From Candidatus Micrarchaeota archaeon (GTDB taxonomy: Archaea > Micrarchaeota > Micrarchaeia > Micrarchaeales > CABMGC01): DNA of 24,991 nucleotides. A program made the position numbers and the translations under genes. Shown here in pieces: positions 16,270 through 24,991 of this stretch; positions within the stretch are counted from its first letter, which is position 1, and each line of letters begins with the position of its first letter. The notes under the pieces were generated by a model, which did no database searches, was not told the origin of the DNA, and saw nothing but the letters and a program-made list of their open reading frames with translations. The DNA is taken from the NCBI GenBank assembly GCA_027319905.1, contig DAHVMJ010000012.1:1-24991 (forward strand), given 5' to 3'.

Positions 16270-17697
16270 CTATTCCAGCTTGCCCTGCTCCTTGGTATAC
16301 AGGATAAGCTCCGGGTGCCTCCTCGGCATCGGGTTGGCGCGTATGCCGTATATCGCCTTTATTCCCTTCTCAAGCGCGAGCTCAACGAGCCGCTGCGTTA
16401 TCACGCCGTCGAGCACGAGGGCATAGGCGCCCTGCATGTCCTGCAGCGTTGTCAGCAGCTCGCGTATCGGCACCTCTTTGATTATGTTGCCATCAGGCGC
16501 ATACACCCTGCTCCTGAGCGAACCTGAGAGTTCGACCAGGCCGTTGGCCAGCTGCGCAAGAAGCGCGCTCTCCAGCACGGGTCTTGCCTGTGCTCCGCCT
16601 GCGCCGGAGTAGGCTGCCGCTGGCGTGGCCTCCATCTTCTGGAGCGCTGCGGGTTCCTCATCCTCGCCTCTCAGGTCTTTTATGTATGGCCTGTCGACCT
16701 GCTCGAAAAGTTCATCGCGCTGCTCGGGCTCCGGCCTCTGGGGCGGGCGCGGCGGTGCGCGCGGAGGCTCGTGAGGCGGCATCGGAGGCTGTGGCGGATG
16801 GTAGTCCCTTCCGTTCCTCTGCTCCCTCCTCTCCTGCGCGTGCTGCGGGTTGTACTTGCCCTTCTCCACTCCCAGGTACTGCTCTATGGGCACCTTGCTC
16901 CTTATCGACTTGATTATCTCCTTCCTGGCCAGCTCCTCCACCTCTTTCCCGTCAGGCGCCTTGGCGACGAAGTCTATGTCGAGCACGCTGAGCAGCGACC
17001 TGATGACCAGGTCACCGCCCCTGTCTCCGTCGACAAAAACGGTTACTTCCTTCTCTCCGGCGAGGCTTATGATGGTCTTGGGGATGTTGGAGGTGGCTCC
17101 GCCTATGGCGATTGAGTTGGTTATGTTGTTCCTCAACAGATTTATCACATCGGCCCTGCCCTCAACGAAAATGACCTCGTTGTTCTTCGCTATGTCAGGT
17201 CCCGCGGGCAGGCGATCCGGCCCGTATTCGACTATCTCGCTGCTCTTCACCTCGCTCTGCACCAGCTCCGAAAGCTCTTTGCTGTCGGGTATCTCCGTAG
17301 CGAGCAACTGCTTCATGAGCATCTTGGCGCGGTCGAGTATGCGCTTGCGCTTCTCCGACCTCGTGTCCTCGACTTTCTCCACCTGGAACTGCGCCTCGAA
17401 GGGACCGACACGGTCCACTGATTCTACGGCGGCAGCTAGTATGCACGTCTCGACGCGGTCAAGCGACGCTGGCAGGAAAAGCTTCCCATATGTCTTGCTC
17501 CCGCTCTGCGACACGTCTATCTCTATCCTGCCTATCTTGCCGCTCTTCTGCAGCTCCCTCAGATCGAGCTCGTCTCCGAGCAGCCCCTCTGTCTGGCCAA
17601 AGACAGCGCCGATTATGTCGGGCTTGTCGACCAAGCCCTCTATCCCGAACTTCGCAGTCACCATGTACTTTACAATATCCAAATATGTTTTTGCCAT
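16270..17697 (-). CDS. dnaG: Archaeal DnaG (TOPRIM; exosome-associated primase-like protein)
   Basis: KY....F.IEGLVDKPDIIGAVFGQTEGLLG.ELDLRELQKSGKIGRI, VEGRADV, DGDRGG, EVEEL, DGVITQRL. Confidence 0.97.
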   Translation of the reverse strand: MAKTYLDIVKYMVTAKFGIEGLVDKPDIIGAVFGQTEGLLGDELDLRELQKSGKIGRIEIDVSQSGSKTYGKLFLPASLDRVETCILAAAVESVDRVGPFEAQFQVEKVEDTRSEKRKRILDRAKMLMKQLLATEIPDSKELSELVQSEVKSSEIVEYGPDRLPAGPDIAKNNEVIFVEGRADVINLLRNNITNSIAIGGATSNIPKTIISLAGEKEVTVFVDGDRGGDLVIRSLLSVLDIDFVAKAPDGKEVEELARKEIIKSIRSKVPIEQYLGVEKGKYNPQHAQERREQRNGRDYHPPQPPMPPHEPPRAPPRPPQRPEPEQRDELFEQVDRPYIKDLRGEDEEPAALQKMEATPAAAYSGAGGAQARPVLESALLAQLANGLVELSGSLRSRVYAPDGNIIKEVPIRELLTTLQDMQGAYALVLDGVITQRLVELALEKGIKAIYGIRANPMPRRHPELILYTKEQGKLE

Positions 17698-17701
17698 TCT
17701 C

Positions 17702-18103
17702 TCACCAAACCGTACCCGTCTTCTCCCCGCTCGCCCTCCTCTTCACCTCTTTTATGGGCCCCACTATCTCCTCGATGCTCGTTACTCCGAGCGCCTTCTG
17801 CAGGCCTTCACCAGCGGACGTGTTTATCTTGCTCTGTGGGAACTTCTCGAGTATGTATGACCTGGCCTTGCGCTCCTTCTCCTTTCCGTCGTTCAGGTCC
17901 ATGGTCAGGAAGAAGATCCTGGGGGCCCTGGGCACTGCGCCTTTGAGAAGCTGGTTGACCGTTATGGCCTCTACGCTCACTTTCTTGTACGCCCTGACAT
18001 CGTGGTCGCCCTCAGCCACCACCACGCCCTCTCCGAACCCATCAAGAGTGCCCTCGACGAATCTGTACCTTGCCTCGTCCCTTGTGCGCTGCACTCTCTT
18101 CAC
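17702..18103 (-). CDS. Small TOPRIM-domain protein (RNase M5/small primase-like), divergent
   Basis: VVVAEGDHDVRA, FLTMDLND.KE; 4 nt upstream of dnaG. Start uncertain. Confidence 0.65.
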   Translation of the reverse strand: MKRVQRTRDEARYRFVEGTLDGFGEGVVVAEGDHDVRAYKKVSVEAITVNQLLKGAVPRAPRIFFLTMDLNDGKEKERKARSYILEKFPQSKINTSAGEGLQKALGVTSIEEIVGPIKEVKRRASGEKTGTVW

Positions 18104-18273
18104 TACGCAGCCGTGGCTAGTAAGAAACAGGCATCTGTGCTACTTTACCCTCGGAAAAACAGAGTGAAGTAATAATTGCCATGGTTCAATCTACCTAGCC
18201 TGAAGCTGTATACATATTGGCCAAGATACCATTATATAGTTTTTCTATAGGTTAGCAATATGGCGGCGACCGA

Positions 18274-18657
18274 ATGACCAGGTATGACAAAGGTGCTAGG
18301 AGCGAGCGGGAGCTGCTCAACATTCTCGACCAGAAGGGCTACTCCGTGCTCAGGTCCGCGGGTTCCGGCGTAAATGCCCTCAGCCCGGATCTTATAGCAA
18401 TCAGAAAGGGGAAGGGCATGATAATAGAGTGCAAGGCGTGGGAGAAGGGCAGTCTGAGTCTCGCACCTGAGCAGTTCGGCAAGATACTCGAATGGGAGGC
18501 GCGTACCGAATTCCCTACGTTCGTCGCCTGGCGCATGAACGGGATGGGCTGGTTCTTCATAAAGCCGGCCGAGTTCAAGAGGGGGAGAAGCAACTACAAC
18601 ATCACCAGAAAGAAAGCCATTGAGCTCAACCGCAAGCTCCAAGACGTGCTAGAATAG
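18274..18657 (+). CDS. hjc: Holliday junction resolvase Hjc
   Basis: KGARSEREL, GYSVLRSAGSG, PDLIA, IECK (PD-(D/E)xK). Confidence 0.95.
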   Translation: MTRYDKGARSERELLNILDQKGYSVLRSAGSGVNALSPDLIAIRKGKGMIIECKAWEKGSLSLAPEQFGKILEWEARTEFPTFVAWRMNGMGWFFIKPAEFKRGRSNYNITRKKAIELNRKLQDVLE

Positions 18658-18737
18658 TGGGCAAGGATAAGGATAATTCCCACAAAATTATGATTAGACC
18701 CACAGATTTATATATCAGAACTACACAAAGTATCGCT

Positions 18738-19013
18738 ATGCGCGAAATGGCATTAATGGACGAAAAAGGAAGGGTCACATTTGGCAAAGAGGACAGAAAG
18801 AGATATGGAAGAAAGTTCTGGATACTTAGGTTGAAAGACGAGATTGTGCTGAAACCTGTGCCGAGGGATCCCGTGGCCGACCTACAGAGGATGTGGAAAG
18901 AGGCTGGCCTAAATAAGTACTCGATAAAGCAGATAAAGAAGATGGCTGAAGAGGAAGCCGAAAAAGAGGCGTGGGAAGGGTGGAAGAGAAGCCAGCGCGC
19001 AGGCAGAAAATAA
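18738..19013 (+). CDS. AbrB-like antitoxin
   Basis: MDEKGRVTFGKEDRKRYG..F.I....DEIVLKPVP.DP; TATA TTTATATA (18707-18714) supports ATG 18738 over GTG 18657. Confidence 0.8.
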   Translation: MREMALMDEKGRVTFGKEDRKRYGRKFWILRLKDEIVLKPVPRDPVADLQRMWKEAGLNKYSIKQIKKMAEEEAEKEAWEGWKRSQRAGRK

Positions 19014-19039
19014 GTATATAAACTTTTACTTCAGTATAA

Positions 19040-19423
19040 GTGTCAGGTGTGGCCTTGCTTTATGCCGATACGGATTTCTTTTTTGCATTGATGAAAGAGA
19101 ACGATAGACTTAATCCTGCTGCAGTACGGGCATATGAGAGATATAAGGGGCAGCTTTCCGCTTCTATGGCGACTGTGATTGAACTATTAATAGTCGGGAA
19201 ACGCGCTGGTTACAACGCTACGCGCTTGGTCCAAAATGTGGTCTTGATAGCTGCCATTGAAGGAATTAGCCAAGACAACCTGCTTCTTGTTGCAAGATAC
19301 ATAGATGATTATGGGATGAGCATCTTCGATTCATTCCACGCAGTACTCTGCAACGGAGAAATACTCAGTTCTGATCACACCTATGATGCGATCGGGATAC
19401 AGCGCATAGGACTAATGGACTAG
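19040..19423 (+). CDS. vapC: VapC PIN-domain toxin
   Basis: YADTDFFFAL, IEL, FDSFHA, ILSSDHTYD; start may be 19049 or 19055. Confidence 0.88.
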   Translation: MSGVALLYADTDFFFALMKENDRLNPAAVRAYERYKGQLSASMATVIELLIVGKRAGYNATRLVQNVVLIAAIEGISQDNLLLVARYIDDYGMSIFDSFHAVLCNGEILSSDHTYDAIGIQRIGLMD

Positions 19424-19977
19424 GACAGGTCCACAGCTATAGGGCAGCTGCTCATGTACGCCTCGTTGCCGCTTATGTAGAGCCTTGACGTAGTTATCAG
19501 CGTGCTGTTTGTAGCGCTGTAGTTCAGGAACAGGCTGGGTTCGGAGCGCGTCATGTTGATGCAGTTCTGCGTGGAGTTTGTGGAGAGCGTGACCGTGTGT
19601 CCCAGTCCGCCAACCGGATACGTGCACGACGTGCCGTTGAGTACGTAGAAGTCTATGCTGCTGGCGTTCCTCGAGTGGGCTATGATCTGCACCACCTGCG
19701 TTGCGCACTGCAGCACGCTTCCGGAGCCGGCGCTGTTGCCGTACTGCGCCAGCACAGCGACGCGCTGCGCGGAGAGGAAGTTGGACTTGAAGGTGCTGAA
19801 CGGAACGCTCAGCATCGGCAGCACGAAGGCGAAGAAGACGATGAAGGCCGCGAGCAGGGGTATGGTTATGAGAAGCATACTCTTGACGCTGGTGTCCTCC
19901 TCCTTCTTCTCCCTGCGTGCATCGCCGGTCTTGCCACCTGCTTTTTCCTTTCCCCTATCTGAAACGGTCTTCGCCAT
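19420..19977 (-). CDS. Single-pass membrane protein with extracellular 4-Cys domain
   Basis: Charged N-terminus, one TM (MLLITIPLLAAFIVFFAFVLPML), N-x-S/T sequons, 4 Cys. Confidence 0.8.
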   Translation of the reverse strand: MAKTVSDRGKEKAGGKTGDARREKKEEDTSVKSMLLITIPLLAAFIVFFAFVLPMLSVPFSTFKSNFLSAQRVAVLAQYGNSAGSGSVLQCATQVVQIIAHSRNASSIDFYVLNGTSCTYPVGGLGHTVTLSTNSTQNCINMTRSEPSLFLNYSATNSTLITTSRLYISGNEAYMSSCPIAVDLS

Positions 19978-19981
19978 AAGC

Positions 19982-22045
19982 CTACCTGCTCAAGAGCATG
20001 GAAACGTAGCAGTTACCCATAACCGTGGAGTTGCCGCTCACGCTGAGCACGGTGCCGTAGAGAGAGTAAAGGCTGAGGCTGCTCTGCGTGCTGTTCGTGA
20101 GTATCATCACAGGTATGTTTGTCTTCGCGTAGAAGTTGAGGCACTGGTTCACGCTGCTCGTCGTGTTGCCGACCTTGCAGACGTTGTTCGTAAACGAGGC
20201 CACAACAACAGTCTTGTTCTGCTGCGTTGCCTCCAGGCTGAGCTTGCTAGCGCAGCTCGTCATGTTGAGCGTGGGCGTGCCGTTGAGCGCGACGACAAGA
20301 TAGCTAGAGCTCTTGTACGCGCTCCCGAAGGCGCTGAACGGCGCGGATGCGCTGGCGCTCGCGAGCAGGGAGTAGCTTACCAGGATGTAGAGCACAACCA
20401 GGCCGATCACCATCAGCGTGAGCTTGCGCCAGTTCTGCTCTGTCCGCTTGTCAGGCCTGAGCCTGTGGTGGAGTTTGAGGTATGAGCGTGCAAAGAAGAG
20501 CGCAGCCACTATGAATACGCCTATTATCAGAGAGAGCAGCGTGCCGAGCATCGGGGCGATGCCCACGGCCACGGGGTAGCTGAGCCCCAGCGAAGATGCG
20601 AGACCGCGTATGAACGGCGAGTCTATGGCGCGCGCGACCTCGGCGAAAGAGAGCGGGGAAGTGGAGTACTGTTGCGCCTGTGCCGATATCGCCTTGACCT
20701 GCGCATCAAGCCCCGTTACGTTGCTTATCCCCCCGGCCGATATCTGGCTGTTTATCGCAAGTTGCGCGAGCGCGAGATTGCTCAGCTGCGAAGAGAGCGC
20801 GGTGCCGCTGTAAAGCTGAGCCTCGAGAATGCGCGCGGTGCTGTTAACGGCAGCGCTGAGCAGGTCGGCATACGTGGAGTTGAGGCGCGTGTATTCTGAC
20901 TGAAGCGCGGCGTACTGAATGCCAAGTGTTTTGTTCGCCTTGGTGAGGTTGGTGAAGACGAAGTTCGTCGTCGTGTTTTTGTACGTGCTCATCAGTGCGT
21001 CGAGCTCGCCCTTGAGCGTGGAGTTGTTGATGTGGCCCAGCAGCGTGGCGCTGGAGTTGACCAGAGTGGTGTAGTTGGGTACCGTGACGTTGAGTATCCT
21101 GTTGAGTATCGCGCGCCTCTGCTGCGATAGTATGGGATACGCGTACACGCTCTCGTTGGCGCTGACGTTCTCCGCAAGCGCGAAGATCTGAGTGTTGGAG
21201 AACGGAAGCTTGTCGATCTTGCCGATAAGGTAGCTTATGTAGGCGAGCTTAGATGCATTGTAGCCGACGCTCTCGCAGTAGCCGACAGCGTTGCAGTACC
21301 ACGGGGCCACAGACTGGTTCACATACGAAGAGCAGCCGGCTATGACATCCGGGGTCACGTTCGATGTGGGCGGGAAGATCGGGTTGAGGTAGATCGTCTG
21401 CGTGAGATTGGTCACGTTTGCAAATGCGCTATCGACCTGCGCGACCCTCTGCAGCACGTTGGTGCGGCCCACGCCTGTGGTTGCGGAGTTGAACGCATTG
21501 AAGCTCGTGTTCATGGTGGCGTACTGCCCCTCGAAGGTGGTTATGCCTTCGCCGAAGGCGCCGGAGGGCCCGCCGGACTGGTCAAGCACGCTCTTGCAGT
21601 TAGGTATGACCTGGCAGGATGCACAGTAGTTAGCGAGCGTGCACGTTGCGCCGGTGCCGAGTCCGGTCTCGGCCAGGCAGTCGTTTATGGCGCCGGCTCC
21701 GGACTGCTCGTATAGCAACATCTGCTGGTTTAGCGTTGCGAAGCCTGCCTGCGAAAGCGAGTCGTTTACGGTCTGGTTCCTTATTATGTTGTATACCGCG
21801 GTCGAGTTCAGAATCAGGGAGTAGTTGCCTGTGATGTTGACTATGAAGTAGGGGTTGCTGCTGTTGTACATGCCCAGATAGCTGATGCCGTTGTACGTCA
21901 GGTTCACGGGATGCACTATGGCGATGAGCGCTCCGGGTACGTTGTAGCTGGCCAGGAGCGCGTTCACTTCTGGAAGCGAGTACGCGTTAGCTGCCAGGGG
22001 CATCGAAAGCAGGATAAGCACTGATAAAAGCAGTAGGCTGCGCAT
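19982..22045 (-). CDS. Large Cys-rich surface glycoprotein (signal peptide, 2 TMs, C-terminal 4-Cys domain), 687 aa
   Basis: Signal peptide MRSLLLLSVLILLSMPLAANA from ATG 22045 with TATA-like TTTATAA upstream; roughly 30 N-x-S/T sequons by eye; two TMs separated by a basic loop. Confidence 0.85.
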   Translation of the reverse strand: MRSLLLLSVLILLSMPLAANAYSLPEVNALLASYNVPGALIAIVHPVNLTYNGISYLGMYNSSNPYFIVNITGNYSLILNSTAVYNIIRNQTVNDSLSQAGFATLNQQMLLYEQSGAGAINDCLAETGLGTGATCTLANYCASCQVIPNCKSVLDQSGGPSGAFGEGITTFEGQYATMNTSFNAFNSATTGVGRTNVLQRVAQVDSAFANVTNLTQTIYLNPIFPPTSNVTPDVIAGCSSYVNQSVAPWYCNAVGYCESVGYNASKLAYISYLIGKIDKLPFSNTQIFALAENVSANESVYAYPILSQQRRAILNRILNVTVPNYTTLVNSSATLLGHINNSTLKGELDALMSTYKNTTTNFVFTNLTKANKTLGIQYAALQSEYTRLNSTYADLLSAAVNSTARILEAQLYSGTALSSQLSNLALAQLAINSQISAGGISNVTGLDAQVKAISAQAQQYSTSPLSFAEVARAIDSPFIRGLASSLGLSYPVAVGIAPMLGTLLSLIIGVFIVAALFFARSYLKLHHRLRPDKRTEQNWRKLTLMVIGLVVLYILVSYSLLASASASAPFSAFGSAYKSSSYLVVALNGTPTLNMTSCASKLSLEATQQNKTVVVASFTNNVCKVGNTTSSVNQCLNFYAKTNIPVMILTNSTQSSLSLYSLYGTVLSVSGNSTVMGNCYVSMLLSR

Positions 22046-22233
22046 GAATTCAAGACCTGGGTTATAAAGAAGTGAAACTTTAAATACGTTCCTCATTCGT
22101 TTGCGCGCCGAGATTCTCGACGACAAAACCGTATGCGGGTACGTTCGGTCGCGGCTGCGGAACGGCAAAGGCAGCGGAAGGAATATATAATTTGAACCAG
22201 CAAGCAGATTCTCGAGACGCGGGAGAGGGGTAT

Positions 22234-22834
22234 ATGGAAAAGAGCAGGCTGGAGGGCTGGGTGTTTTGGGGAGCGCTCCTGCTCGTTTACGCAACAATCT
22301 TCTCTATCATCTATTTCGGCTGGTTCAGGCTCCTGACGCTGACAATCGTGGCACTGACCCCTCAGGCTGGCGCCACATCCACCGTTGTGGCGACATACGC
22401 ATGCACGCAGGCGAACCAGTGCGCCGTGAGCTATCCGGCGATTGGCAGGGTGTGGTCGCTGCTCACCCCCGCTTACTGGATCTCGGCCACCGAGGCGGTG
22501 ATCTTTGTCTCTCTTGCCGCGTTTGGCCTGCTCAGCAGGAAGAACGTGCTCTTCAACACGATACTGGTCTTTGTCCTTGTCCTGGGCGTGGAGATGTGGT
22601 TCTATTCCCTCTAGCACACTTAACAGGATAATAAGCCTCTTTCTCGGCCTGCTGGTAATGGCGGCAAGCCTCTCCTACTTCTTCACTGCCATACCCGCCG
22701 TCTTCCAGGTGGCTGAGCTGGGGGACCCGCTTGTATTCGCAGTGCTGGCGTTCGGCATGATGCTCTTCTGCGCAAACCTCGGCGCCTGGGTGGCCCTCTT
22801 CCTGAACAGGGCGCTCAGCAGCGGCATGCTCTGA
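22234..22834 (+). pseudogene. Multi-pass membrane protein gene with frameshift at ~22612
   Basis: Hydrophobic ORF 22234-22614 ends ..WFYSL*; hydrophobic reading continues at once in the +1 frame (STLNRIISLFLGLLVMAASL...) to 22834. Confidence 0.65.
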
Positions 22835-22941
22835 GAAAAGGGCGAAATCGCTTCACATACCCGGAAGCTTCCTGCCTGAAAAATTAGACGACGGTACGCG
22901 GGTTTAAGACTTTGGTTCTGCATGGCTGAAGCTGCTTGCAT

Positions 22942-22986
22942 GAAAAAGGAAAAAATAAGGAAAAGAGAGGCAAAACGCCTCTCTTT
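22942..22986 (-). terminator. Hairpin plus U-tract terminator of S-layer gene
   Basis: 10-bp stem AAAGAGAGGC/GCCTCTCTTT (22962-22986), followed on the minus strand by TCCTTATTTTTTCCTTTTTC; 24 nt after the stop codon. Confidence 0.75.
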
Positions 22987-23010
22987 CATCTGCTAATTGC
23001 TACCGTTTGT

Positions 23011-24991
23011 CTATGAGCCAGCCGAGCTCAGGAGCGCCTGGATGAACTGGTTGCCAGCCTGCACTGTCTGGTTGGCGTAGTATCCTGCTACCAGTATCCT
23101 GTTGCTTCCGAACGCTTGCACGACGACGCTTCCCGTTCCGAAGCTTGAGTCCAAGCTCGGGTTCTGCGAGAAGATCTGCGCAGCCACGCTGTTGACGTAC
23201 TTGCTGCCGACGACTATCAGCGTGCTCGCCGCGTTGGCGTTGCTGTCCAGCACGACCAGAGGCGTTGCAGAGGTGTCGAGCTTTACAGGCGTTGTCGCGC
23301 TCGATACCGTAGGCACACCCGTCAGGTTGCTCTCGCCGCTAACAGTGCAGCCAGATCCCGTGCTTCCGACCGTGCACGTCGCCGTTACGTTGGCGATGGT
23401 GACGTTAGGCAGTCCGGTGACGCTCTGGCCTATGCTGAATGGCCCGATTGTCTTGCCCGAGGTGGTGCTTACCGTAGTGTTCACAGGTCCCAGAACGAAC
23501 TGCAGCTCGTCGACGTTCTCAGCCATGTCGAAGGTCAGTTGCGTTGATGTTATCGACGCCACCTTGCTTCCACGCTCAGATACGAAGCCCTGCTGCACCC
23601 TCATTCCCGAGCTTGCGCCATAGCTGTTTGTGTACGTGACGTTGTTGCTCTGGCCCTGAGCCGAGTAGTTCAGGAAGAAGAGCGACGTTGTCGGAACCTT
23701 CGTTGTCGAGTTCACTACGTTGAACGCGAACTGGTCCTGCGAAGCTGTGTTCGTAGGCACGTTGATCTCGTTCATTGTGTACTCGAAGAAGCTATACTGG
23801 TTGGTTCCCACAGGAACGTAGCTAGGCCCTATTATCGAGAACGTTGTCGGTGTTTGGCCGTTCTGCTGGTTGTACGTCAGCGAAGCGCCCGCTGTTATTC
23901 CCTGGTAGTTGTTAATGCCTGGTATGTTGTACAGTATCTGCGGTGCGCCACTGTTGTACGGTTCCAGCGTTGCTAGCACATTGCCCGGGTCAATGGAGTT
24001 TGTAGCTGATACTCCAAGTCCTGCTACGACCGTCAATCCAGGAAGCGCCTTGTTTATCTTTATCTGCGTTATGTTGAAGAAGCTACGTGCGGTTGTGTTC
24101 AAGACGTTGCCACTGATCAGCAGCTTGTTGAAGCTTACCTCGGATGTTGGCCTTGACGTCGATCCCTGAGTCGGTGCTCCGTATATGGTCACTGTCAGCG
24201 GAGTGGATCCGGTGATGTAGTTCGCTGCCGGAGAGCCAGCCGCTACCTCAACTATGACGTTGACGTCTGCAGGCACCTGGTTGTGTGACACTGTGTTGTA
24301 GGTAGTGCCAAGCGAGTTGAAGCTTTCAGCCAACTCCATAGGAGTGAGCAGGTACGTTGCCGCAGCACCATTGAAGCTTCCAGTGTTGAAGGCGTTTGGT
24401 ATCGTGCTTGCAACCACAAGTTCCTGCGAAGGCTCTGTGATGTTGCTAGGCGCAGGGGCTCCTGTTGCTGAGCCACCCTCGTTCTGGTACTGGACGCCAG
24501 TGCTGTATGACGTTTTCACCGTCATGCCGTCGAAGTTGTTGCCCAGCGTGTCCCCGGATAGGGTCAGCTTGTATACCTTGGGGTCCTGTATGAAGGTAAA
24601 GCTCTGGCCAGGTGTCAGAATCGCAGGCGATGCATTGTACAGTACTATGCCGGCAAGATCCACTGCAGGGTCGCTGCCTGAAGTCTTGTTGGTCCATAGC
24701 AGATTGGCATACCATCCAGGGTCGTTTGTCTGGTTGAAGACAAGGCTGTCGGAGATGTTATACACTCCAGAGAACATCTGGATCTTGGCCCACTTCTGAT
24801 ATGCGTACAATCCAGCGAAGGTCTGGTTGACCTTAACGTACAGGCTTGTTCCAGAAACGTTGTACTTCACTGTGTTGCCCGGGTAGACAGAGGACGAGTT
24901 AGTCAGCACGCCCTTGTAGTATACGTTTATGGCCGCGGGGCTTATGGCGCTGGTGCCTCCCTGTCCCAAGTCGGCGAGCTGCACCGTGAAC
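23011..24991 (-). CDS. S-layer protein, 3' part (5' end outside window)
   Basis: Frame open to window edge; N/S/T/G/V-rich with many sequons; GFVSERGS and C-terminal LVVLD...LIVVG..YVN...ILVAGY.A.QT..A resemble the archaeal S_layer_C domain. Confidence 0.85.
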   Translation of the reverse strand, partial: FTVQLADLGQGGTSAISPAAINVYYKGVLTNSSSVYPGNTVKYNVSGTSLYVKVNQTFAGLYAYQKWAKIQMFSGVYNISDSLVFNQTNDPGWYANLLWTNKTSGSDPAVDLAGIVLYNASPAILTPGQSFTFIQDPKVYKLTLSGDTLGNNFDGMTVKTSYSTGVQYQNEGGSATGAPAPSNITEPSQELVVASTIPNAFNTGSFNGAAATYLLTPMELAESFNSLGTTYNTVSHNQVPADVNVIVEVAAGSPAANYITGSTPLTVTIYGAPTQGSTSRPTSEVSFNKLLISGNVLNTTARSFFNITQIKINKALPGLTVVAGLGVSATNSIDPGNVLATLEPYNSGAPQILYNIPGINNYQGITAGASLTYNQQNGQTPTTFSIIGPSYVPVGTNQYSFFEYTMNEINVPTNTASQDQFAFNVVNSTTKVPTTSLFFLNYSAQGQSNNVTYTNSYGASSGMRVQQGFVSERGSKVASITSTQLTFDMAENVDELQFVLGPVNTTVSTTSGKTIGPFSIGQSVTGLPNVTIANVTATCTVGSTGSGCTVSGESNLTGVPTVSSATTPVKLDTSATPLVVLDSNANAASTLIVVGSKYVNSVAAQIFSQNPSLDSSFGTGSVVVQAFGSNRILVAGYYANQTVQAGNQFIQALLSSAGS

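Noticed and set aside
18117..18182. 21-codon minus-strand ORF upstream of the small TOPRIM gene
   Set aside because: Out of frame with the TOPRIM gene, no similarity or slippery site; cannot be supported
22111..22215. 10-bp direct repeat AGATTCTCGA (22111, 22206)
   Set aside because: Only two short copies, with no array or mobile-element structure between them
22046..22297. 84-aa N-terminal extension of the 771-aa ORF
   Set aside because: Overlaps the divergent gene and promoter region; a clean signal peptide begins at ATG 22045

Overview
Gene-dense archaeal chromosomal window. It is most likely from a DPANN archaeon, possibly Micrarchaeota; this is inferred from aRF1, archaeal DnaG, Hjc, a histone fold, TATA/BRE promoters, an S-layer protein with a GFVSERGS motif and overlapping convergent gene ends. 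Housekeeping genes: partial tRNA-Leu(TAG), serS, aRF1, a divergent histone, an AglH/GPT-like and a GT2 glycosyltransferase, M1 aminopeptidase, Bcp peroxiredoxin, VIT1/CCC1 transporter, dnaG with a small TOPRIM gene, hjc and the 3' part of an S-layer gene. Accessory genes: three VapBC-type modules, two paralogous tandem-Lrp regulators, an HD hydrolase and a tnpB-only IS200/IS605 element. Strongest result: the IS ends can be read to the base (10312-11709; TTAA left target, TCAC right end). Removing the element rebuilds an intact gene (ATG GGC TTT|TTA AGC CTA...) for a single-HKD PLD protein with an inserted transmembrane hairpin, and the predicted TnpB guide targets exactly that intact allele. 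Other candidates for novelty: an adjacent gene pair sharing an unrecognised 4-Cys extracellular domain near the S-layer gene, a histone whose C-terminal tail is encoded antisense to the neighbouring gene, and a frameshifted membrane-protein gene.
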